Of a DNA stretch of 64,000 nt, positions 48,458 through 59,609 are shown one piece after another. The position numbers and the translations under genes are program-made. The number at the start of each line of letters is the position of its first letter. The stretch's first letter is position 1. The DNA lies in the NCBI GenBank assembly GCA_044222185.1, contig JBGANV010000003.1, forward strand, positions 576,001 to 640,000. The letters are read 5' to 3'. Source of the DNA: Planctomycetota bacterium. Lineage in GTDB: Bacteria; Planctomycetota; GCA-002687715; CAIWVZ01. The notes beneath the pieces are model-generated. The model did no database searches. It had not been told where the DNA came from and was given only the letters and a program-made list of their open reading frames with translations.

Positions 48458-51195
48458 CGAACCACGAGGCACGCCGATTGGAGGACGCACGCACGCAGGC
48501 AGCCGCGTGGCGGAGGTGGGGTCCCTACGTCTCCGATCGCCAATGGGGAACGGTCCGTGAGGACTACAGCGCCGACGGCAACGCCTGGAACTACTTCCCC
48601 TACGACCACGCGCGCAGCCGCGCCTATCGATGGGGCGAAGACGCAATCGGTGGAATCTGCGACGACAAGCAGAACCTCTGCTTCGGTCTCGCGCTGTGGA
48701 ACGGGCGCGACCCGCACTTGAAGGAGCGCTTGTTCGGGCTGGGCGGACCCGAAGGCAATCACGGCGAAGACGTCAAGGAGCTCTACTACTACCTGGACTC
48801 GACGCCGACGCACTCCTACATGCGGATGCTCTACAAGTACCCGCACGCCGAGTTCCCCTACGAGGCGCTCCGGCGCGAGAACAAGAACCGCGGTCGCACC
48901 GCGCCGGAGTACGAGATCCTCGACACGGGCGTGTTCGACGACGACCGGTACTTCGACGTCTTCATCGAGTACGCGAAGGCGGACGTGGAGGACATCCTCG
49001 CGCGGGTCACGATCCACAATCGGGGACGCGACGCCGCGGCGGTTCACGTCCTCCCCCAGCTGTGGTTCCGCAACACGTGGTCCTGGGTGAGCGGCCGCCC
49101 GCGGCCGACGCTCGCCTGCCCACGAAGCGGTGTCGTCACCGCCGACTGCGCGGCCCTCGGCAAGCGCTGGTTGTTCGTCGACCGGCCTGCCGACTTGCTC
49201 TTCTGCGACAACGACACGAACGCACAGCGTCTGTTCGATGCCTACCCATCGCCGGGATACTTCAAGGATGGCATCGACGACGCAATCGTGAATGGACGCG
49301 CCGATGCCGTGAACCCGGACAAGACGGGGACGAAGGCCGCGGTCCACTTCTTCGCAGAGATCGAAGGCGGCGGCTCCGTCTCATTCCGGCTGCGCCTCGC
49401 GCCCACCGACCTCCCGGCGCCGTTCGCCGACTTCGACCGCACGTTCGCGGCGAGACTCGGCGAGGCAGACGAGTTCTACGCCGACCTCCAGCGAGACCAG
49501 CCCGATGCGGACGCGCGCCTGGTGCAGCGGCAGGCCCTCGCCGGCCTGCTCTGGACCAAGCAGTTCTTCTACTACGACGTCCCCGAGTGGTTGAACGGTG
49601 ATCCGGCGCAACCGCCTCCACCCAATGCGCGACGCCGGGGCCGCAACCACGAGTGGACGCACCTGAACAACGCCGACGTCATCTCCATGCCCGACAAGTG
49701 GGAGTACCCGTGGTACGCCGCGTGGGATCTTGCGTTTCACTGCGTCGCGCTCACCCTCGTCGACACGGAGTTCGCCAAGGATCAGCTGATCCTGCTCACG
49801 CGCGAGTGGTACATGCACCCCAACGGGCAGATGCCTGCCTACGAATGGGCGTTCGGCGACGTCAACCCTCCGGTGCACGCCTGGGCCGCGTGGCGCGTCT
49901 ACAAGATCGACAAGAAGCGGACGGGTCGAGCCGACACGGACTTCCTCGAGCGCGTGTTCCACAAGCTCCTGCTGAACTTCACCTGGTGGGTGAATCGCAA
50001 GGACGCCGAGGGCCGCAACGTCTTCCAAGGCGGCTTCCTCGGCCTCGACAACATCGGCGTCTTCGACCGCAGTGCGCCGCTTCCAACCGGCGGGTTCATC
50101 GAACAGGCCGACGGCACGAGCTGGATGGCGATGTATGCGCTGAACCTCATGCGGATCTCGCTCGAGCTCGCGCAGACGAAGCCCATCTACCAGGACATGG
50201 CGACGAAGTTCCTGGAGCACTTCCTCTACATCGCCGGCGCCATGGCGAACATCGGAGGCGACGACGCGAGCCTGTGGGACGAGGCCGACGGGTTCATCTA
50301 CGACGTGCTGCATCTGCCCGACGACGGGCACGTGACGTTCCGCATCCGGTCCATGGTCGGGCTCGTGCCGCTGTTCGCCGTCGAAGTCCTGGACCCCGAC
50401 GTGCTCGATCGCGTCCCCGAGTTCAAGCAGCGGCTCGAGTGGTTCCTCGCCTATCGGCCGGACCTCGCGAACCTCGTGTCGCGGTGGCAGGTGGCCGGAA
50501 AGGGTGAGCGACGTCTGCTCTCGCTGTTGCGCGGTCACCGCATGAAGTGCCTCCTGAAGCGCATGCTGGACGAGACGGAGTTCTTGTCGGAGTACGGGGT
50601 GCGGGCCCTCTCGCGGGCGCACAAGGACCAGCCCTACGTCCTCCAGGCCGACGGCAAGACGTTCACCGTCGGCTACCAGCCCGGCGAGTCCGAGTCGGGC
50701 CTCTTCGGAGGCAACTCGAACTGGCGTGGCCCGGTCTGGTTCCCGATGAACTACCTGATCGTGGAATCGCTCCAGCGATTCCACCACTACTACGGCGACG
50801 AGTTCAGGGTCGAGTGCCCGACGGGCTCCGGAAAGTTCCTGACGCTGCTCGAGGTCGCCTCCGAGATCGCGCGGCGCCTTGCGTTCATCTTCCTGCGCGA
50901 TGCCCGCGGCCGCCGCGCCGTCTTCGGGAAGGACGAGCGGTTGCAGAACGACCCGCACTTCCGCGACTACCTGACGTTCCACGAGTACTTCCACGGGGAC
51001 GACGGGAGAGGACTCGGCGCATCGCATCAGACGGGCTGGACGGCGCTCGTCGCGAAGCTGCTGCAACCGCGGGACGCCGCCGCGCCGGCCAAGGCGACCG
51101 CCCGCGACCTCGGCGAAACCCGCGACTCGCGCGCACCGCGTGACGGCCAGGCCGTGGCGGCCGGTCCCGCGCGTCGCAGGAGTCGGGTCTCGTGA
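48454..51195 (+). CDS. GH63-like (MGH1-like) alpha-glucosidase
   Basis: [48 protein letters not shown] and [21 protein letters not shown]. Confidence 0.9.
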   Translation: MTNHEARRLEDARTQAAAWRRWGPYVSDRQWGTVREDYSADGNAWNYFPYDHARSRAYRWGEDAIGGICDDKQNLCFGLALWNGRDPHLKERLFGLGGPEGNHGEDVKELYYYLDSTPTHSYMRMLYKYPHAEFPYEALRRENKNRGRTAPEYEILDTGVFDDDRYFDVFIEYAKADVEDILARVTIHNRGRDAAAVHVLPQLWFRNTWSWVSGRPRPTLACPRSGVVTADCAALGKRWLFVDRPADLLFCDNDTNAQRLFDAYPSPGYFKDGIDDAIVNGRADAVNPDKTGTKAAVHFFAEIEGGGSVSFRLRLAPTDLPAPFADFDRTFAARLGEADEFYADLQRDQPDADARLVQRQALAGLLWTKQFFYYDVPEWLNGDPAQPPPPNARRRGRNHEWTHLNNADVISMPDKWEYPWYAAWDLAFHCVALTLVDTEFAKDQLILLTREWYMHPNGQMPAYEWAFGDVNPPVHAWAAWRVYKIDKKRTGRADTDFLERVFHKLLLNFTWWVNRKDAEGRNVFQGGFLGLDNIGVFDRSAPLPTGGFIEQADGTSWMAMYALNLMRISLELAQTKPIYQDMATKFLEHFLYIAGAMANIGGDDASLWDEADGFIYDVLHLPDDGHVTFRIRSMVGLVPLFAVEVLDPDVLDRVPEFKQRLEWFLAYRPDLANLVSRWQVAGKGERRLLSLLRGHRMKCLLKRMLDETEFLSEYGVRALSRAHKDQPYVLQADGKTFTVGYQPGESESGLFGGNSNWRGPVWFPMNYLIVESLQRFHHYYGDEFRVECPTGSGKFLTLLEVASEIARRLAFIFLRDARGRRAVFGKDERLQNDPHFRDYLTFHEYFHGDDGRGLGASHQTGWTALVAKLLQPRDAAAPAKATARDLGETRDSRAPRDGQAVAAGPARRRSRVS

Positions 51196-53198
51196 CACGG
51201 AACGGAAAGCAACTCGAGATCGGACCCGATCGACTGCGCGATCTGCCGCAGGCGACGCGTCAGGAATGGCTCGAGACGAACGGCCTGGGTAGCTACGCCT
51301 CCTCGACCGTGTGCGGGATGAACACGCGCCGCTACCACGGGCTCCTGGTTGCGGCGGCGCGCCCCCCCGTGGGCCGCTGCGTCCTGCTCGCGAAGGTCGA
51401 AGAGACGCTCTTCGTCGGCGATCGAACGGTGCCGTTGTCGGTGAACCGCTACGAGGGCACGACGCATCCCGACGGCCACCTCCGCCTCGTTCACTTCACG
51501 GACGACCCGTTCCCGACGACGCGATGGCGCGTCGACGACGTCACGATCGAGCGCACGATCTTCATGCCTCGGGGACGTCACGCGGCCGTGATCACCTACC
51601 GGAGGGTCGGCGGAGGTGACACCGGACCGATCCACCTCGAAGTCCGACCGCAGGTGGCGTTCCGCGACTACCACTCGCTCGGCCGCGAGGCACCGTCCCG
51701 TGAAGCGCGCTGCGCGCGCAGCGCCGAGGCGCGCGTCATTTCGGGCGACCCGGCACTTCCTCGGCTCCACCTCACGTTCAGCGACGCCACGGTCGATGAG
51801 CGCCGCTGGTGGTACCGCGGACTCAGGTACGACGCGGAGGCGGCGCGCGGATTCGACTTCATCGAGGACCTCCACAGTCCATGCGGGATCCGCTTCGCGC
51901 TTCGCCCCGGGACGGATGCCGTCCTGATCGCCGCAACGGAACCGATCCCGGCCGCGGCCGCAGCGGCGTTGCGAGCGGCCGAATTGCGCCGACGGCGCGC
52001 GCTCGTCCCGAAGTCCGCGACCGAGCCACGACCGATCCGTGCGCTTCGCCGTGCAGCCGACGCGTTCCTCGTCCACCGCGGCGAGCACCGTTCGATCCTC
52101 GCTGGATTCCCGTGGTTCTCGGACTGGGGTCGCGACGCCATGATCGCGCTGCCGGGCCTCCTCGTCGCGACGAACCGGCTGGCAGAAGCCCGCGCCGTGC
52201 TGCTCGCATTCGCCGACGCCGTGAGCGAAGGAATGCTCCCGAACCGCTTCCCCGACTCGGGTGAAGCGCCCGAGTACAACACCGTCGACGCCACGCTCTG
52301 GTTCTTCGAGGCGATCCGCGCCTGGCACGCCGCGTCACGAGACGACGTGACTCTCCGCGCGCGCCTCCTCCCGGTCCTCGATTCCATCGTCGACTGGCAC
52401 GTCCGCGGGACGCGCCACGGAATCCGCGTGGATGACGACGGGCTCCTGCGGGCCGGAGAGCCCGGCGTGCAACTGACGTGGATGGATGCGAAGGTCGGGA
52501 ACCGGGTCATCACTCCGCGAACGGGAAAGGCCGTAGAGGTCCAGGCGCTGTGGTTCAACGCCACATGCAGCCTGCGCGATCTCGCCCGCCGTCTGGGTTG
52601 CCGCGCCATGGCCGCCCGCGCCGCGACGCTGGCGGATCGCGCTCGACGGGCCTTCGGTCCCGCGTTCTGGAACCCTGGGACGGGCTGCCTGTTCGACGTC
52701 GTCGGCGACGGCGCACCGGACCCGGCGATCCGTCCCAATCAGCTCCTCGCGGTCAGCCTCAGGCATGCGCTCGTCCGCGGACCGCGCGCGAAGAGCATCG
52801 TCGCCGTCGTCGAGCGCGAGCTTCGAACACCGTATGGGCTGAGGACGCTGTCTCCGGCCGATGCACGCTACGTGGGACGCTACGAGGGCGGCCCCGAGCA
52901 ACGGGACTCGGCCTATCACCAAGGAACCGTCTGGCCGTGGCTCATGGGCCCTTTCGTCGACGCGTATCTCGCAGCCCACGGCCGCACGCGCACGACGGTC
53001 GCCCGAGCCATGCGCTGGCTCGAACCGCTCCTCGCGTTCGCAGCCGGCGAGGGCCTCTCGTTCCTGCCCGAGGTCTTCGACGGCGACGCGCCGCAACGCG
53101 CCGGCGGATGTTTCGCACAGGCTTGGAGCGTGGGCGAAGTCCTGCGCGTGGCGCTGTCGCTGAGGAGTCGCCGGCGGACGAATCCGTCACGACGGTGA
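51192..53198 (+). CDS. amylo-alpha-1,6-glucosidase / glycogen debranching enzyme (GH133-like)
   Basis: [51 protein letters not shown] and QAWSVGE. Confidence 0.92.
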   Translation: MTRNGKQLEIGPDRLRDLPQATRQEWLETNGLGSYASSTVCGMNTRRYHGLLVAAARPPVGRCVLLAKVEETLFVGDRTVPLSVNRYEGTTHPDGHLRLVHFTDDPFPTTRWRVDDVTIERTIFMPRGRHAAVITYRRVGGGDTGPIHLEVRPQVAFRDYHSLGREAPSREARCARSAEARVISGDPALPRLHLTFSDATVDERRWWYRGLRYDAEAARGFDFIEDLHSPCGIRFALRPGTDAVLIAATEPIPAAAAAALRAAELRRRRALVPKSATEPRPIRALRRAADAFLVHRGEHRSILAGFPWFSDWGRDAMIALPGLLVATNRLAEARAVLLAFADAVSEGMLPNRFPDSGEAPEYNTVDATLWFFEAIRAWHAASRDDVTLRARLLPVLDSIVDWHVRGTRHGIRVDDDGLLRAGEPGVQLTWMDAKVGNRVITPRTGKAVEVQALWFNATCSLRDLARRLGCRAMAARAATLADRARRAFGPAFWNPGTGCLFDVVGDGAPDPAIRPNQLLAVSLRHALVRGPRAKSIVAVVERELRTPYGLRTLSPADARYVGRYEGGPEQRDSAYHQGTVWPWLMGPFVDAYLAAHGRTRTTVARAMRWLEPLLAFAAGEGLSFLPEVFDGDAPQRAGGCFAQAWSVGEVLRVALSLRSRRRTNPSRR

Positions 53199-53226
53199 CC
53201 TGACGACCGGGACGCGGCGTCGGGTT

Positions 53227-55341
53227 ATGATCCGCGCCACGATGACGTCGTCGCCCCGCTCGAACCCGCGTTTCCCCGGCGGCCTGGTGCCGCTGGCCCT
53301 GATGTTCGCCGTGGCCCTGTCGACGGGCGCGCTCGCGCACGCCCAGTCGGACGTCATCAAGCTCCAGCAGGGGAACCCACTCCGGGCCCGCGTCTGGGAT
53401 CGGACCGGCGACTCCGTGACGTTCAACACGTTCTTCACGGGCATCCGCAAGGTGACGTTCGGGACGGAGAAGCTCCCGGCGAAGGGCGTGAAGGAGATCG
53501 TCGACGATCCCGATCCGCACCGCGCGTTCTGGCGGCGGGCCGCGGCGCTCTCCGCGGGCACCGCCGACGAGTGGGTGAAGCTCGGAGCGGACGCCGAGCA
53601 CTCGAAGCTTCGGGGACTGGCCCGCCATGCCTACACGGAGGCACTCGTCCGCGACCGCGCGAACGCCGCCGCGCTGAAGGCGCTCGATTCCAAGGCCAAG
53701 GAGATCCTGGCGTCGGATCCTCGACTCGACGACGCGCTTCGCGCGAAACTCGCGGCCTACCTCGCGCTGGAGGATCCGGGCGGTCGCGACGCCGCGTTCC
53801 GTGAGATTCAGCAGCTCGGTTGCACATTGCCCCAGACCTACCTCGATCGCGCGTGGCGATCGTCGCGTCGCAAGCCAGGACGGACGGATGAGAATCTCCT
53901 CACGCTGCGGTCGCAGGAACACAAGGGAACCTACTGCCTGTTCGTGCCGCAGTCCTATGACCCGCTCCGGCCGACGCCGCTCGTGGTCGGGCTTCACGGA
54001 GGCGGCCGTGGCGGAAAGGACGGCAAGGCCGTCGTCGGTTCCGGCGAATCGGCCATGGCGTTCTATCGGTCCGGCGCCGAACGGCTCGGCTGGATCGTCG
54101 TTTGCCCCACGGCGATCGCCGCGCCCTGGTCGGAGCAGGTGAACGACGGGTTCCTCCTCACCGTCGTCGACGAGATCTGCGCGCTCTACAACGTCGACCG
54201 CAACCGCATCTACCTGACGGGCCATTCCATGGGCGGCTACGGCACGTGGCATTACGGCCCGCTCTACGCGCACCTTTGGGCTGCGATCGCGCCCATGGCC
54301 GGCGGGGGTCGGCCCGATCTGAAGCGCCTCACCGACACACTGACGGGTGTCTACATCTATCACGGGGCCGATGACCCGGTCGTCGGCGTGGGGTCCGACC
54401 GCGAAGTGGCGCAGGCGATGAAGAAGGCCGGAATGGATTTCGCGTACGCCGAGATCCCCGACTCGGGGCATGGATTCCCTCCCGAGGTCGAGAGCGAGAT
54501 GTGGGAGTTCTTCATTCCCCGCCGACTCGCCGTCACCCCCGACCGGAGTCCCAAGGGCAAGTTCACGACGACCCAGGAGCCCGAAAGCTCATTCCTCACG
54601 AAGCCCACGGCGGACGAACTGAAGGCGTTCGGCCCCCTCGGCAAACCCGCCGCTGCCGACGGCGACGCACGCGAGGTCACCACACTCCTCGCTGACCTGC
54701 GCGCGGGCGGAGGCCTGGCCGAGAAGGCTGCCGCCAGGCTCGCGACCTTCAAGGACGCGGTGACGGCCGAGCGCATCGTGAAGGTCGTGATCGATCCCGC
54801 CTCGGCGCCAGATACGAAGCGGTTCGCCGCGGTGGCGCTCGGCACCATGGGTCAGCCCTCGGCCATCAAGCCGTTGGCAAAACTCCTCGCCGACGATTCG
54901 TTGAGCGTGGTCTCGGCCGCAGCGATCGCGCTCGGTCAGATCGGCGGCGCCGACTCCGCCAAGGCACTCACGAAGGGGCTCGAGGCCCTGAAGATCCGCT
55001 TCGAGAAGAAGGTCTCCGGGCAGCGCATCGACTTCTCGGACTTCGAGGCGCACCTCGCGACGGCGGCCGCCTTCGCCGACGGGGTGAAGCTTGCCAAGGA
55101 CGGCGCTCCGGCGGCCGCGCTTCACGCGACGTGTTCGGCGCTGCTCTCCGACAAGATCGACGTCGACTTCACCGCGCGGGCGGGGCAGAACCCGGCGACG
55201 CCCCGCCGGGCACTTGCGAAGGCGCTGATCGACGCGTGCGCCGCGCTCCCAGGGCCAGCCGTGAAACCCACCCTGGACCTGCTCGCATCCCGACCCGACC
55301 TGGGTGTCGCCGAGCGAGCGAAGGAGCTCCTGCCGAGATGA
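53227..55341 (+). CDS. secreted alpha/beta-hydrolase (esterase/PHB-depolymerase-like) with C-terminal HEAT repeats
   Basis: Signal peptide; LHGGG oxyanion motif, GHSMGG nucleophile, HGADD and GHGF; HEAT-like AAVALG..G / AAIALGQIG. Confidence 0.8.
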   Translation: MIRATMTSSPRSNPRFPGGLVPLALMFAVALSTGALAHAQSDVIKLQQGNPLRARVWDRTGDSVTFNTFFTGIRKVTFGTEKLPAKGVKEIVDDPDPHRAFWRRAAALSAGTADEWVKLGADAEHSKLRGLARHAYTEALVRDRANAAALKALDSKAKEILASDPRLDDALRAKLAAYLALEDPGGRDAAFREIQQLGCTLPQTYLDRAWRSSRRKPGRTDENLLTLRSQEHKGTYCLFVPQSYDPLRPTPLVVGLHGGGRGGKDGKAVVGSGESAMAFYRSGAERLGWIVVCPTAIAAPWSEQVNDGFLLTVVDEICALYNVDRNRIYLTGHSMGGYGTWHYGPLYAHLWAAIAPMAGGGRPDLKRLTDTLTGVYIYHGADDPVVGVGSDREVAQAMKKAGMDFAYAEIPDSGHGFPPEVESEMWEFFIPRRLAVTPDRSPKGKFTTTQEPESSFLTKPTADELKAFGPLGKPAAADGDAREVTTLLADLRAGGGLAEKAAARLATFKDAVTAERIVKVVIDPASAPDTKRFAAVALGTMGQPSAIKPLAKLLADDSLSVVSAAAIALGQIGGADSAKALTKGLEALKIRFEKKVSGQRIDFSDFEAHLATAAAFADGVKLAKDGAPAAALHATCSALLSDKIDVDFTARAGQNPATPRRALAKALIDACAALPGPAVKPTLDLLASRPDLGVAERAKELLPR

Positions 55342-55442
55342 CCGGTGGCGTCGGCCGCGCCGCGTAACCGCGCCGCGGCGGAAGCATCGAAGGGCAACGA
55401 AGCGTCGCCGGATTCCCTCGGCGACGCCGCCTGGAGTCCCCG

Positions 55443-56975
55443 ATGCCGACGAAGTCCGCAGTGGCCGGCGTGCACACGCACCGCACCGCCTGGCAGGTCT
55501 GCTCATCACCGCGCCCCCCCATGCGACGTGCTCCCGCCCACGAGGCCGACGATCACTCGCATGGACAGAACCGCTTCGCAGTCATTCCGACCATCGAGCG
55601 GCTACGTGCATCCTCGGAGCTGACGGGGCGCGGAATCACCATGGCGTTCCTCGACTCGGGGTTTGCCCCGCACCCGGACATCACGCAGCCCGCGAGCCGT
55701 GTCGTCGCCTACAAGGACGTGGCCAATCCTCGCGCGCGCCTCCGCGCGGACGTCGCGCCTGACGCGATGGCGTGGCATGGAACGCAAACGGTCGTGTCGG
55801 CGGCAGGCAACGGATACCTGGCGGACGGCGTGTATCGCGGGCTCGCCAGCGAGGCGCGGTTGGTCCTCGTGCGCGCGTCGCAGAACGGCAGGATCCCCGA
55901 AGACAACATCGTCCGCGGGATCCAGTGGGTCGTCCGCAACCGCAAGAGGTACGACATCAGGATCCTCAGCATCTCGCTGGGCGGTGAGCGCGCGGACACG
56001 GATACGGGACGGGCGATCGAGAGAGCGGCCGAAGAGGCCGTGGCTGCCGGCATCGTCGTCGTCGCGGCAGCCGGAAACTCGGGATGCACGTCGTCCTGGC
56101 GCGTGCTGCCGCCGGCGACGGCCGCGTCGGTGATCACGGTCGGTGGGTTCAGTGACGAGAACGACCCGGACGCGCCCCAGCTCGCCCTCTACTGCTCGAG
56201 CTTCGGCGAGAGCGCGCGCGGCGATCAGAAGCCCGAGATCGTGGCTCCCGCCGCCTGGGTCGCCGCACCGATCCTGCCGGGAACGGAGCTGTACCGAACG
56301 GCCGTCGCGTTGTCGCGCTTGGACGCGGCACCCCAGTACCGCCTGGCTGCATTGGCGGCGAAGCTCGAGGCCGAGTCGGGACTGGGTGAGGTGTCACGGT
56401 CCGGCGATGCGCCGGCGATCCGTGCCGCGATCGACACGGCGTTGAAAGATCGCAAGATCATCTCGACGCACTATCAGCACGTCGATGGCACCTCGTTCGC
56501 CGCGCCCATCGTCGCCTCCGTCGTCGCCCAGATGCTCGAAGCCGCACCCAAACTCACGCCCGCGGAGGTGAAGACGATTCTGGTCGAGACCGCCCAGCCG
56601 CTTCCAGGAGCTCCGCGCGAGCGTCAGGGCGCCGGCGCACTGGATGCGGCGGCGGCCGTCGCGCGAGCGCGCGAATCGGTGGACGGCGGCGGTCCCCGCG
56701 TGGCACGCCGTACGCGAGAGGCGACGTTCCGCATCGCCGCCCCGGATGCGGCGTCGGTTCACGTCGCAGGCACGTTCAACGCCTGGCACGAGACGGACAC
56801 CCCGCTGCGCCGCGCCGCCGATGGGTCGTGGTCGGCACGTGTGCGTATGCCAGGACCCGGTCGGTACGCGTTCAAGTTCATCGTCGATGGTTCGCAGTGG
56901 CTGGAGGATCCGTCGGCCGTCGAATCCGACGATGACGGGCACGGCGGCCGAAACTCCATCGTCGTCATCGCCTGA
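55443..56975 (+). CDS. S8 (AprX-like) serine protease fused to C-terminal CBM48/AMPK-beta glycogen-binding domain
   Basis: FLDSG, WHGT, AAGN and GTSFAAP triad motifs; C-terminal FRIAAPDAASVHVAGTFNAW...YAFKFIVDG..W..DP...NS. No clear signal peptide; start uncertain (55443 or 55521). Confidence 0.85.
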   Translation: MPTKSAVAGVHTHRTAWQVCSSPRPPMRRAPAHEADDHSHGQNRFAVIPTIERLRASSELTGRGITMAFLDSGFAPHPDITQPASRVVAYKDVANPRARLRADVAPDAMAWHGTQTVVSAAGNGYLADGVYRGLASEARLVLVRASQNGRIPEDNIVRGIQWVVRNRKRYDIRILSISLGGERADTDTGRAIERAAEEAVAAGIVVVAAAGNSGCTSSWRVLPPATAASVITVGGFSDENDPDAPQLALYCSSFGESARGDQKPEIVAPAAWVAAPILPGTELYRTAVALSRLDAAPQYRLAALAAKLEAESGLGEVSRSGDAPAIRAAIDTALKDRKIISTHYQHVDGTSFAAPIVASVVAQMLEAAPKLTPAEVKTILVETAQPLPGAPRERQGAGALDAAAAVARARESVDGGGPRVARRTREATFRIAAPDAASVHVAGTFNAWHETDTPLRRAADGSWSARVRMPGPGRYAFKFIVDGSQWLEDPSAVESDDDGHGGRNSIVVIA

Positions 56976-56976
56976 C

Positions 56977-57867
56977 ATGCGAACCGGACGGGACTCGACC
57001 TCCACCGTGCATCGATCGCGCTGCAACCTCGTCGAGTACGCACTCGACGGAGCGCTGCTCGGGATCTTCATGATCGCCGCCTGCGCGTTCTGTGTGATCC
57101 TCGAGCACGCCGGATCGCCGGTGCGCGTCGCGATCGAGAGTGCGTTCCTACGCCGCGCCCTGATGGGCCTGGCGATGGGGCTGACGGCCGTCGCGTTGAT
57201 CGAGTCCGCCTGGGGACGCCGCTCGGGCGCGCACATGAATCCGGCCGTGACCCTCGCCTTCCTGCGGCTGGGGAAAGTGCGAGGCGTCGACGCGACCGGC
57301 CTGGTCATCGCTCAGTTCGTCGGAGCGTCCCTCGGCGTCGCGGTGGCGCGGCTTGCGCTCGGATCGACGATCGCCGCGGCCGAGGTGTCGTTCGTCGTCA
57401 CACGTCCGGGCAGCAGCATCGGCGCGGCCTTCGCGGGCGAAGTCGCGATCTCGTTCCTCATGATGAGTGCCGTGCTCGCCGCGTCGAGCTCGCCGCGACT
57501 CGCCCCGATGACGCCCTGGATCGCCGGCGCGCTCGTCGCCTGCTGGATCACCGTCGAGGCGCCGCTCTCCGGCATGAGCATGAACCCGGCCCGCACGTTC
57601 GGCTCGGCGCTCCATGCCGGCGTCTGGACGTCAGCGTGGATCTACTTCACTGCCCCGCCGCTGGGCATGCTGCTGGCGGCGGAACTGCGGGCTCGTTCGT
57701 CCGTACGAGCGCGCGCCGCCTGTGCCAAACTGCGACACTGCGCGCGGTCTCGATGCATCTTCTGTGGCCACGAGCCCGATCGCCGGCGCGCGGCACCGCC
57801 CGATCACGCCCTGAAACGAGCACGGGCCGGACGCGCAGTGCACGAGCACTGCCCGACCGACCCGTGA
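56977..57867 (+). CDS. MIP/aquaporin family channel with Cys/His-rich C-terminal tail
   Basis: SGAHMNPAVT and SMNPART NPA motifs, several hydrophobic helices, tail CAKLRHCARSRCIFCG. Confidence 0.9.
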   Translation: MRTGRDSTSTVHRSRCNLVEYALDGALLGIFMIAACAFCVILEHAGSPVRVAIESAFLRRALMGLAMGLTAVALIESAWGRRSGAHMNPAVTLAFLRLGKVRGVDATGLVIAQFVGASLGVAVARLALGSTIAAAEVSFVVTRPGSSIGAAFAGEVAISFLMMSAVLAASSSPRLAPMTPWIAGALVACWITVEAPLSGMSMNPARTFGSALHAGVWTSAWIYFTAPPLGMLLAAELRARSSVRARAACAKLRHCARSRCIFCGHEPDRRRAAPPDHALKRARAGRAVHEHCPTDP

Positions 57868-57888
57868 CGTCGATGGCTTCTCGTGAGA

Positions 57889-59328
57889 TCAGAAGCCGAT
57901 GGTGATGTAGAGGCCGTTCGTCAACTGGATGCCGTTCGTCGAGCCGATGAAGGCCTGGAGGCCGACCGGGAGGCAGTCGAGGGCCGGATCAGCGGGGAGC
58001 GGCAGGGTGATGCTGAACGCGCCGGCCGCGTCCGTCGGGAACGGGAACAGCGCGTTGAGACCCGTGTTGCTGAGGTACAGGTTGCACGACCCACCGAGCG
58101 GGGTCGGCGATCCGGTCTGGGCGCCGTAGAAGAGCACGCCACTCGAGCTCGGCGTCGCACCCGTCACGCTGATGACGTAGTTCGTGCCGAGGCGCGGCAG
58201 GTTGCTGTCCAGCACCGGAGCGGGAGCGCCGCAGCCGGAACCGACGATCTGCTTCGACGCGTCCGTCGCGGCGAGCGTGATCGAGAAGTTGTTGCCGGCG
58301 ATCGTGTTGAAGGAGCCGATCGAGATGAGGTAGGTGGCGTTCGCCGGGATCGTGAACACGACGTGCGAGCGAAGACCGGTGACGGTCGACCCGCAGAACG
58401 AGTCGTCGTTGCCGGTCACGCATGTCAAGCCACCGGCGCACGTCCCACTCCACACCTTCAAGGTGGTGTCGTTGAGGGTCGGGGTCGGCTCGCCCGCGAG
58501 CGGGCAGGTGTTGATGTCGACGGTCTGCGGGCAGTTGTGCGGGTTCGTGTACGTGAACCACACGTCGCGCGAGGTCGTGGCGTTGCAGATGTTGGTGCTC
58601 GCCGTCGGCGTGGCGCCCGAGTTCGTGAAGAACCGCGAGCCGATACCGAGCGGGATTGCGCGGCTGCAATCGTCAGCCATCACGATGAACTGGACGTTAT
58701 CGATGACGGCCGAGCTGTCGAACGCGTTGTCGGTGGCATTCCAGCACGCGACGCTCAGGTACGCGCCCGCGGGGCGCGGATAGACGAGTTCCTTGTCGGC
58801 GTTCTGCGGGCCGGGATTCCCGACCTGCGTTCCACCGAAGCCAGTGCAGCCGCTCGTGTTCGCCGTGGCCGCGTCGCGATAGACGAGGTTTTGCAGCGAG
58901 TTGCCGGCCGCATCGCAGACGTCGATGCTCATGCCGTCGTTGTAGACTCCCGGGGTCGGTCCTTCGGCGTTGAAGAACTCCCAGTCGAACATCGCCCCCG
59001 TCGCATTCGCGGGAATCACGATGCGAAGTTCGGAGACGATGGCAGCGAGCGGGCGCGCGACCGGGCCGCCTGGGGCAACGGGGACGGGGCCGTTGGCGAC
59101 GATCTGGGCTTCCTGGGCACCGGACGTCGGGAACCCGCAACTGACGGTGTTCACGACGCCGCCGCCTGCCGGCAGGTTTGCGGTGCAGCCGGAGCAATCG
59201 GCCGCCGCGCCGATGAGCGGGAACCCGCCGACCGGGCCGCAGTCAAAGTGCGCAGAAGAAAGCACGGTTTGCCCCATGGACAGGCTCGCGGCCAGTCCAA
59301 TAGCGATCAACAGTCGATACGACTTCAT
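57889..59328 (-). CDS. secreted Cys-rich multi-domain protein
   Basis: Signal peptide MKSYRLLIAIGLAASLSMG; beta-sandwich N-domain; ADDC..A...DVWFTYT...DTTL.V...C...NDD module; C-terminal ~120-aa domain ending ITIGF. Confidence 0.75.
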   Translation of the reverse strand: MKSYRLLIAIGLAASLSMGQTVLSSAHFDCGPVGGFPLIGAAADCSGCTANLPAGGGVVNTVSCGFPTSGAQEAQIVANGPVPVAPGGPVARPLAAIVSELRIVIPANATGAMFDWEFFNAEGPTPGVYNDGMSIDVCDAAGNSLQNLVYRDAATANTSGCTGFGGTQVGNPGPQNADKELVYPRPAGAYLSVACWNATDNAFDSSAVIDNVQFIVMADDCSRAIPLGIGSRFFTNSGATPTASTNICNATTSRDVWFTYTNPHNCPQTVDINTCPLAGEPTPTLNDTTLKVWSGTCAGGLTCVTGNDDSFCGSTVTGLRSHVVFTIPANATYLISIGSFNTIAGNNFSITLAATDASKQIVGSGCGAPAPVLDSNLPRLGTNYVISVTGATPSSSGVLFYGAQTGSPTPLGGSCNLYLSNTGLNALFPFPTDAAGAFSITLPLPADPALDCLPVGLQAFIGSTNGIQLTNGLYITIGF

Positions 59329-59609
59329 GTGCACTCCAACTTTCAGGGAACAAAAGGGCCAGGAGGGGGTAGCACCCGGCAGCGGCAACGCTGCGCTCGG
59401 CCACACGGCCGGCGCGAAGGGCGGCAGACCAAGGCGGTCCCGCCGCGTGTGCAAGAACGCACGTCGCAAAAGCGACGATGGTGTGACGCTCGGGAGCCAG
59501 ACCATCAGAACGACGTCGCGGCCGAGTCCACGCGGATTCCGCTCCAAACCAAGAAACCCCGCGTCGGCGTCGCAAACACCGCGCGACAAACCTTCCCGTC
59601 ACCGTCGGT

